Source: Octopus vulgaris (Eukaryota). From it: DNA of 64,000 nucleotides. Made by a program: the position numbers and the translations under genes. This document shows, one piece after another, positions 54,877-64,000 of this stretch (position 1 is the first letter of the stretch; every line of letters starts with the position of its first letter). The notes under the pieces were generated by a model. The model had not been told where the DNA came from. It saw nothing but the letters and a program-made list of their open reading frames with translations, and did no database searches. The stretch covers positions 48,794,001-48,858,000 of the forward strand of contig OX597835.1 of NCBI GenBank assembly GCA_951406725.2, in the 5' to 3' direction.

Positions 54877-56454
54877 ATTTTTTTTTTTTTTGTCAGGTGA
54901 AAGCAGTTTTGTTTCAAATCTAAAACAAACCCCTTGATCCACTTATTTCTTGACCGTGAAATGCTGTTAAAGCGTGAAAGCTCAAACCTGAACCGCGCTA
55001 TTCTGTCCGTCTTACAATTAATAAAATATGTCTGGATTGGTTTTTCCTTCATTCTCGGTTTACTTTCATTAAGAAACTATTTGACTTCTATGAAGATTTA
55101 TAAAGTCGCGAAAATTGTGTGATGCGTGTATGTATGAGCTAGTGTGTGTGCGCGTGTGTATGTCATACGATGAATTAATTAGAGTAACTGTCAAAGTTTG
55201 GTTTCAATAATTGGAAACGGTGCTCATCGCATGAAAACAAATCGGAATGAATGTATGTACATATACATATGTATATGTTTATACATATATACGCACACAC
55301 AAATCATATATAAGTATAGAAGTATGCGTATGATTATATTTGTATGTGTGTGTATACGTAGATATATATATATATATACAGATAAATCTACACATATATA
55401 TACATACATACAAACATACATACATACATACATACAAACATACATACATACATACATACATACATACATACATACATACATACATACATACATACATACA
55501 TACATACATACATACATGCATACATACATACATACATACATACATACATACATACATACATACATACATGAAAGTGTTATTTCATGAACTGATTAGGCCC
55601 CTATCAAGTTAAGGACTCGAAACATTAAACATTCAGTGCTGACCTAAGATGTGTCTGTTTATTGAAATGAATCGTTGACTCATGACCAAAGTGTTTCGGT
55701 CGCCATCAGACGTTGTCAAACAAATGAAAATAAAAATGTTAGGTTTATTTTTAAATAGACATTTAAATGACGAAGTATAAAATGACGATAGGTTTTCATA
55801 TAAGTTTGTTAAGGTTGTTATATGAGAAATGGAAAAAAATCTTGATCGATTAGATTTTAATTAGGTTTCATAATATATAAAAGTATTTCGTTTTTAATGG
55901 GTGAACATGAAGTAGAAGAACCATAAATAACTGCGTAGAAATATTTGTTTAAAAAACTTTTTGACAGAACACTTCGAAGGTTCGCAGTCAACGATATAAA
56001 AGTATGAAATACCGTCTTTTTTAGGTTTTCTCTTGGTTTCAATAAATGCATAAATTATTTGAGTAGTCTGTGATGAGCAATGGTAATTTCGGAAGTATGC
56101 CTTCAGTTTATCTTAGTATAACTCAAATTACTAATCAAAATTTTAACTTATCGTTGTGATGATTATTGAACAAAAATCGAGGCAAAATTTTTTCAATTGA
56201 TTTGAAACCATTTTCTAACTTCAAATTTTCCTTCTCGTCAAATACTGAATATATTGAATTAGAGGTTACTTTCGTAAGACCCAAGCGATTATTTGCTTCT
56301 GCTAGGTAAAGATATACATAGCTAACATAGACTGATGCTTCGTCAGCGGAAAATATTAGAAAGAACGGATACCAAGATCCCTGCTATATTTATAGTCACT
56401 GACTTGTATCGGCCAACCGACACCAGTGAGCCAGATAGATAGATAGATAGATAG

Positions 56455-56523
<69 letters not shown>

Positions 56524-56709
56524 GTTGTCTGGAAAGTTCGTGCCGATTTATAGTAGCTTACCTTTCGACTTATTTTAGAATATGGTTGAATTCATAAAGT
56601 AGGATTTGACTACACCTCCATTTAGCCATTTAGAGCACAGTTTAAGCTCTATTTTCGTGGACGAAGGTTTATGTTCCTATAACCTGTGATAATTCTAGAA
56701 ACCTTTAAA

Positions 56710-57726
56710 ATGGAAGATAAGAACGTTCATTTTCGGCACTTGATGCTTTTTCTTTTTCCACAAAGAGAAAAATGCCTGACAAGCAACCAAAGAAATATGC
56801 GCAGTGTACGGTGATGTTTCTTTATTCGAAAGAACTACGGAAGTGGTTCGCGAGGTTCCGAGCTGGAGATTGTAGCCTTACTGATAAAGAGCAATCAGGC
56901 AGACCATCCACTACAGATGATGACCAAATCAAGTCATTAATTGAGGATAACCCACATTGCACACCCCGAGAATTGGCAGAAAGCTTCAACCTATCAAAAT
57001 CCGTCGTTCATGAGCACCTGGTAAAGCTTGGGTACACAACTCTCTACGATGTTTGGGTACCACATGAGTTGAGTGAGAAGAACCTTTTGGATTGCATTTC
57101 CATCTGTGATTCGCTTTATAAACGGAATGAAAACGAGCCTTTTTTAAAGCAAATTGTGATAGGTGATGAGAAATGGATTATCTACCGAAATGTTCAGAGA
57201 AAACGATCCTGGAGTAAGCAACATGAGCCACCATTAGCCACACCAAAAGTGGGTCTTTACCCTAAAGAAGTCTTGCTTCGTGTCTGGTGGGATTGGAAAG
57301 GAATTCTGTACTTTGAGCTTCTCCCAAGTAACCAGACAATTAATTCTGAGAAATACTGCACACAACTGGACGAGTTAGAAGCAGCAATTCAAGAGAAATG
57401 TTCAGGAAGGGTGTTGTTTTCCAACATGATAACACAAGACCGCACGTTTCTTTGGGAACCAGACAAAAATTGCTGCAGCTTGGGTGGGACGTGGACATCC
57501 CAAACCTCCATATTCACCATATATTGCGCCTTCGGATTTCTACTTATTAAGGTCTCTGCAGAATAGTCCTAATGACAAAAAAATTAATTCCTTAGATGAC
57601 GTAAAATGATACCTTGATGAATTCTTTGCCATGAGACCACCTCAATTCTGGGAAAAGGGTATTTATAAGTTAAAGGAAAGATGGAGACGCATTGTACAAC
57701 AAAATGGTTCATATTTCATTGATTAA
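56710..57726 (+). pseudogene. Mariner transposase, frameshifted
   Basis: MEDKNVHFRHLMLF..., WVPHELSEKN, IVIGDEKWI, QHDNTRPHV and PYSPYIAPSDFYLLRSLQN are present across at least two frameshifts. Confidence 0.93.
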
Positions 57727-57739
57727 AAGTGCAATGGCA

Positions 57740-58690
57740 GAACCCTGAAGACACTAAGCACCTGCAATGTGAGCTGGATAAAGTATACAAGTGGGCGGAA
57801 AAGAATAGCATGCAGTTCAATGCTGAAAAGTTTCAAGCTTTATGCTATCAGCATGCAAAACTAAATGCAATACCCAATAAATACACCGGACCTGGAGGGA
57901 TTGCAATCCCAGAGGCACAATCAGTGCGAGACCTGGGTATTTACATGAGTGATGATGCAACCTTTCATGTGCATGTTGCTAAATTGGCAATGAAATGTAG
58001 GAGGCTGACCGGATGGATTCTTAGAACCTTTAGAACAAGAGACCAGGAAACCATGATGGTCCTCTGGAGGACACTTGTCCTAAGCCACCTTGACTATTGC
58101 TCTCAGCTATGGTCACCATCCAGTGTCAAGTTAATCACAGAACTTGAGGCGATCCAACGAAGCTACACGAAGAAGATAGCCTCTGTGCAGCATATAAGCT
58201 ATTGGGAAAGACTCAAGAGATTGAGACTCTATTCCTTAGAGCGTAGGCGAGAAAGATATGCCATAATATACATCTGGAAGATCCTAGAAGGACTTGTCCC
58301 AAACTTTGGCATCGAGAGTTACACAAATGCCAGAACTGGGCGCCACTGCATAGTGCCAAGGACTCCAAATTTGCCATCAAGATGTAGGACAAGATACTGT
58401 GATAGCCTGGGCTTCCGAAGCCCACATCTCTTTAATATCCTCCCGAAGAACCTAAGAGACCTGCATGGGGTGGATGCAGATGTCTTTAAAATGAAACTGG
58501 ATCTCTTCATGTCAGGTGTCCCAGATGAACCAACTTCACGACAGGAGGTGCAGATGAGGGCAGCTGCATCGAATTCTCTCATGCACCAGATGGCAATTGC
58601 TAAAAAGCATCCGTGAAGTAAAATCATGTAGCAACACCAAATGGCGGTGCCCCAGCATGGCCACAGCTTGTGAGCTGAAACTAAATAAAT
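57740..58690 (+). mobile_element. CR1-group LINE, 5'-truncated, with an open RT C-terminal frame
   Basis: LQCELDKVYKWAEKNSMQFNAEKF..VRDLGIYM..LVLSHLDYCSQLWSP..LEAIQRSYTKKI..LYSLERRRERY. The candidate TSD aatggca is at 57733-57739 and 58706-58712. Confidence 0.93.
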
Positions 58691-58771
58691 TTTTTTTTAA
58701 ATAATAATGGCAAATATTTATTGACCTTTTTCTTTCCTTTAAAAATCGGCACGGACTTTCCGGACAACCCA

Positions 58772-58806
<35 letters not shown>

Positions 58807-58809
58807 CTA

Positions 58810-60812
58810 ACAATATAGAATGAAGTCCCTTTCTCTACAGAAAAGGATTCCATCAAAAAGCGTGGCAGTATATTAAAAAACCTTTACGGTTGAAGTATAA
58901 ACATCCTATAATTAAAGAAGGTTATTCTAAAGCCAATACACTGATTTATCCACTTATAATCCACTTGTTACAGGAAAATTGAACTGAAAGCGGGCAACTA
59001 ACCTTTAGAAAATTGGGGGGAGATATTTATTGAGGAAAAAATGCCTCTTTATTCAACCTTTGCTGAATTGTGGTGTTCTGTGAACATTGATAAAAGGGAA
59101 AGATTTGGAAATTGGGATTAAGATTCATGGCACATCTTTCTATGGGTTCACTCACCTTTCTGTATTGTGGGTGGCGGATTTGCTCTTTGTGAATGGTGGT
59201 TCTTTGACGGAGCGAAATTTCTGTTTGTCCAATATAGAGTTTACCACATCCTATGCATGTCATGACATAGATTACATTTGCTGAGGCGCAGGTGAAATTT
59301 GATTTGATCTTAAATATTTCTCCTTGTTTGAATTGGAATTCTGAACCCTCCAGAAGGTGGAGGCATGTTCCACAGCTGGAACGGCCACATTTTGTCACTT
59401 TTGGCTCAGTAGTTAGTGGGTAAAGTCTAGCGCTGGTTAATATTCTTTTCAGTGACTGCGGTTGCTTTTTGCTTTTTATAATTTTATATGAGCTTAAAAT
59501 TTCGCTCATTGTTTTGTCTGCTGTGAGGATGGGAAGGTTTGGGGTGATGCTGTTGAAGGCTTCGTTGTTTCTGGGGTTATGTGTGGAGATGTACGGGAGT
59601 ATTTTTAAGTCTTGTTTAGTATTTCGGCGAGTTTTCCTTAATCTTTGTATATCTATTTCCTTAGCTCTTTTGATGCCTTCATTTACTAATGAGATTGGGT
59701 AGGGTCTTCTAGTTAGTGTAGATCTAAGTTCAAGGAGTCTTTGTTCTCGAGTATATGTATCGGAAACTATGGTGCAGATTCTTTTCGCTAGGTTAAAGGG
59801 TATGTTGATTTTTATGTGTTTGGGGTGGCAGGAGTTAAATAATAGGTATTGTTTAGAATCTGTGGGTTTATAAAAGATGTCTGTTTCTATGTGGTTGTTA
59901 ACTATTCTAATTAAGATGTCTAGAAAAGGTGGTTGTTTACTGTTGTGTTCCATAGTGAATTGTATATTGCTGTGTATGTTGTTGAGCATTCTTTTGAAAT
60001 CAAGGTGTTTATCCATGCTGTCTTTCCAAAGTATGAAGCAATCATCCAAAATCTCTTCCAGTTCTCCTTTAAATAGCAATTAAAAGAGGCGCCATATTTT
60101 TCTAGTGATGGTTGATATAACTTGAGTTCGAGGTAACCCATTACGAGGTTTGCAATCACTGGAGCAGCTCCGGTTCCCATTGCAATACAACATTTTTGTC
60201 GATAGTAAGTAGTATCGAACAAGAAATGATTGTTCAGCAGGATGAATTTCAGTGCTTCAATTATAAAATTGTGGTTAATGCGTCCTGGGATCTCTTCTGG
60301 GTATTTTTCTAGCCAGAATGTGATTGCTTCTATACCAGAGTCGTGTGGAATATTAGTGTATAGATTCACCACATCGAAAGATACCAGCAGTGTTCCGTCC
60401 TTTACTGTCTTCGGGAGGTGGTTCAGCATGTCTAGGTCATCCATGATAAAGCTTTTCACATATTTTAAAAAAGGTTTGAGTAATATGTCGAGGAAGTTGC
60501 TCAAACGGTGGGTTTCACAAGAAAGGCCAGCTATGATGGGTCTCAGTTTGGGGTCAGTAGGGGGAGGGACATTAATGCATAGGCTTGTAGAGACTTTGCA
60601 GGCTTCACAAATGTGTGGATTTTTATGTATTTTGGGTAATCCGTAGAATAGACTAGGACTGTATTTAAAATTGGATAAATAGTCTATTTCATGTGTAGTA
60701 AGACCCGTTCCATGAATTTGGAGTAAGGAGTTTTTCAGTGTTTTCTGTGGGTTGTAATGTGTTATTTCTCATAGTAAGTATTATTTTCCAACATGGAAAG
60801 TATTAAATTTTT
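58810..60812 (-). mobile_element. Penelope-like element, Neptune-like, 5'-truncated
   Basis: RT motifs FYGLPKIHK, LRPIIAG, VSFDVVNLYTNIPH, AMGTGAAPVIANL, LDDCFILW and PFLDILI are present. The linker KCGRSSCGTC precedes the GIY-YIG region NVIYVMTCIGCGKLYIGQT. There are frameshifts. Confidence 0.93.
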
Positions 60813-60839
60813 GTATATATATATATATATATATATATT

Positions 60840-62864
60840 GATAAAACGGTAAGATAACAAAAGAAAGAAAGAGACCTCAATATTATGTAAATAGAGGAAA
60901 TTTATCTATACAATATGTTACATTACTCGGTAGTCAAGATAAAACTCTGAGTTTCAGATGCCGAAGTGGAAATCCACAACACCATCTCTTCGGTTATCTG
61001 GCTATTTGAAAACGTTATGAAAAAATACCGTTAAAAATGAAGGGAAATTACTCTGTTATAACTCTGCTTTGCCTGCGTACTTATACATCGCTCGCATTTT
61101 TCGTCATAAAAATTATATAAAAATACATAAAAATATATAAAAATATATAAAAATATATAAAATCTTCTTGGGACATAACACAGAAAGCATGTTCTATCCG
61201 TTTTCTTTAGGGGACCAAAAACGTAACAGAAATTTAGTCACATGTGGGCATGATCCGAAAAGTTCTGTCCTTGTATTTAGTCATGTGGTAGGGTCTAAGC
61301 TGCTTTTCCAGATAAGCCATCTCTCCATGTCGCATAAACCGCACCTTCCGCTGCCGTTAGTATAGGGCTTACATCTGGCCAAAATCTTCCATTGTATGTT
61401 ATAATCGACACCTTTATCTCTTAAAGACCAAATATGATTGGATAATTGTGTCGCTTTTCTTTTGTTCCAGTGCCTAAAGCTCAAAGTGTGGTTATTGAAC
61501 CTGGCCTTGAAATTACCCTCTGTCAGGCCCACGTATTTCTTCGTCAAAACGGTGTCTTTAGTGGTTATAGAGTTTACGGTAGCTTCATATATGATGGTCT
61601 TGGACATGCAAGCTCCATTTAGCGGGCACAATTCTTTATTCCTGCATGAACAGCTGTTTTCTTCTTGTGTTTTTTGTATGTTATGATTGATTATGTTTTT
61701 AAAATTGGTAGTTGAACTAAAACTAATTTTTAAATTGTGTCTATTGAAGAGTTTCCTATAAGCATGGTTAACTGGAAAATGTCTATCTATCAGTGCTAGG
61801 AAATATTTACCTATATTGAAGGCCACCTCGGGTGAGTAAGGGGCGTAAACCAGATGACCTTCCTATTTCTATTATTCCTTTTCCTTATTGTTGGGCTGGT
61901 GATAGGTGTATATTTTATTTTTTCGCTAAAACCACTATCTTTTAAAGCTTTATTATAAACTGGGGCAACGCTATTGAAGATGTCCTCATTAGATGAGAGG
62001 CTAGAAATCCTCTTACTAATATTTTTAACTAAATTTTTGAATACTATAGGGGGATGGCATGAACCTACATTAATATAACTTAGTCTATCATTGGGCTTCC
62101 TATAAGGCTTATAAATATTATTATTAAGATCTAAGGACACGTCTAAGAAATTGACAACCGTCAGGTTAGTATCTATAGTTATACTAAGTCCGAAGTGTTT
62201 CATTAACTGGATAATATCCTTCCTAAAACGATCTTGTGCTGGTCCATTTGTATTAGCTGTTAAGGCGAGGGCATCATCTTTGTAGATGGCGAAATGTACG
62301 TTAGGGAATGTCTTACTGAAGGTATCTAGGAGAAAGAGTCCAATTAGATCACAGATGCCTGCCCCATCATATGAACCCATGCTCACATCGAAAGCGCCCT
62401 CCGTGTCGGTGTTTTTTACCCACTTTGCATTCTCACTGAAAAGTAATGTCTTTCTAGCATGGAAGATTATATCCTTATCATTGGTACTAATTTCTATGAA
62501 GTCACTAGCGAAGATTAGGGCTTTATCTAGCAGTTCTTTAGAGATAGAGGCATAAAAATCAACAATATCGAATTGTGTAAACCTCGCTTTTTTCTTATTC
62601 TTAATAGCTTTAAACCAGTCTACGACTTCTATACTATTGGACCATTGCACTAGCCTAGTATCGGTCTTAATTTTCGTATTTATTTTATCTAAAATTTCTT
62701 TGCTAATAATCCCTAGTTCTGACTTGGCTGGGTTGATAAGCCTACATTTAGGATTGGAAAGGAAGTTTTCTTTGTGGTCTTTAATAGTAATAAAGGCCTC
62801 TTTTTGGGGAGGGTTTCTATTTTTTTATCTAATTTAAGTTTAGCGGCGATGACGCTAGCTTCTT

Positions 62865-62873
<9 letters not shown>
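60840..62873 (-). mobile_element. Penelope-like element of a second clade (probably Nematis-like) with its 3' region retained
   Basis: RT motifs QFDIVDFYASIS, FDVSMGSYDGA, IYKDDAL and NFLDVSLDL are present. The endonuclease region reads CSCRNKELCPLNGAC..IIYEATV..KYVGLTEGNFKARFNNH..CGLC. Confidence 0.92.
60937..60999 (-). ncRNA. Type I hammerhead ribozyme with a variant CCGAAGA core, in the Penelope 3' region
   Basis: The reverse complement reads agataa-CCGAAGA-gatg...gtgga/tccac...catct-GAAA-ctcagag-TT-ttatct. Stem I is 6 bp. It is on the same strand as the GIY-YIG ORF and about 280 bp downstream of its stop. Confidence 0.75.
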
Positions 62874-62938
<65 letters not shown>

Positions 62939-63621
62939 GTATATATATTAATTCAAATGGAGAGTAACTTCGAAGCTTAGTCAAGGAAACCATTTTCAAA
63001 TGACCTTTAAGAAAGTCTTGGCGAAGGTTCTACCTCACTGTTCATCCCATAAATATGTTTGCATATGTATGTGTGTATATGTGTGTATGCGTGTGTTTCT
63101 TATGTGTGTGTGCGCACATATACATTGCATATAATACTGTAATCTATGATAGATATGTATATGATATATATATATATAGAAAGAGATATAGCTATATAGA
63201 TATATATATATATATCTATATATGTATATCTATATATATATACAGAGAGAGAGAGGGATGTAAATTATATCTACATACATATATACATACATATACATAC
63301 ATATTCCCTCCACTAGCCTGATGGTATATGATATCACATGGTATGCACATTATCGTATCCATTCCTAGTGTATACCATAAATTATCCCACACGCTTGCCA
63401 TTCTTTCTACCATATGTTGTTCCTTAATGTTTCATAATGAGACAGTTTTATCCGAACTCCATGTTACAAATTATCCATCTACGACTGCTTTCTTTCTTTA
63501 TTTCTTTCTTTCCTCCTTTCTTTATTTCATCTGATATTTGTTTATTTATTTATTTATTTACATACGTGTGTTTTTATTTATATCTTATTTATTAAACTCT
63601 AATTTCTTTATTGGCTGACAG

Positions 63622-63666
63622 TTATTATTATTACTATTACTATTATTACTATTATTTTATTATTAC

Positions 63667-63756
<90 letters not shown>

Positions 63757-63765
63757 CATTATTAC

Positions 63766-63814
<49 letters not shown>

Positions 63815-63849
63815 GTTATCACTATTACTATTATTATTATTATTATTAC

Positions 63850-63927
<78 letters not shown>

Positions 63928-63937
63928 TATTATTATA

Positions 63938-64000
<63 letters not shown>
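63622..64000. repeat. (TTA)n microsatellite running off the window end
   Basis: Direct reading of the sequence. Confidence 0.97.

Larger units (their letters stand above)
56520..58772 (+). mobile_element. Full-length mariner (Tc1/mariner, D,D34D type) containing a nested LINE
   Basis: The TIRs tttggttgtctggaaagttcgtgccgattt and aaatcggcacggactttccggacaacccaa are TA-flanked. Confidence 0.95.

Noticed and set aside
55681-55713. Minus-strand ctgatgg-cgacc-gaaac...gtc motif
   Set aside because: A9 is missing and stem II is too short, so it cannot be separated from chance.

Overview
AT-rich eukaryotic DNA saturated with microsatellites and transposons. The repeat landscape resembles an octopod cephalopod genome, which is my inference from the SINE families and microsatellite load. 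I found no supportable host protein-coding exon, rRNA or true tRNA, and most ORFs in the track are microsatellite read-through. The recognisable coding sequence is all transposon-derived: three Penelope-like elements (RT plus GIY-YIG), CR1-group, RTE, L1/Tx1 and restriction-like-endonuclease LINE fragments, and mariners, one with both TIRs. There is also a TTAA piggyBac-type element, a non-autonomous Helitron and many tRNA-derived SINEs from at least three families. The most notable observations are: (i) several type I hammerhead ribozyme motifs, including an inverted pair and two unrelated copies sharing a CCGANGA (U4C) core, one in the 3' region of a Penelope-like element; (ii) a SINE/LINE shared 3' tail with compensatory stem changes; (iii) an RTE LINE ending in three in-frame C2H2 fingers; and (iv) a G-U-rich pre-miRNA-like hairpin. 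All calls were made by eye, so boundaries are approximate and family names need database confirmation.
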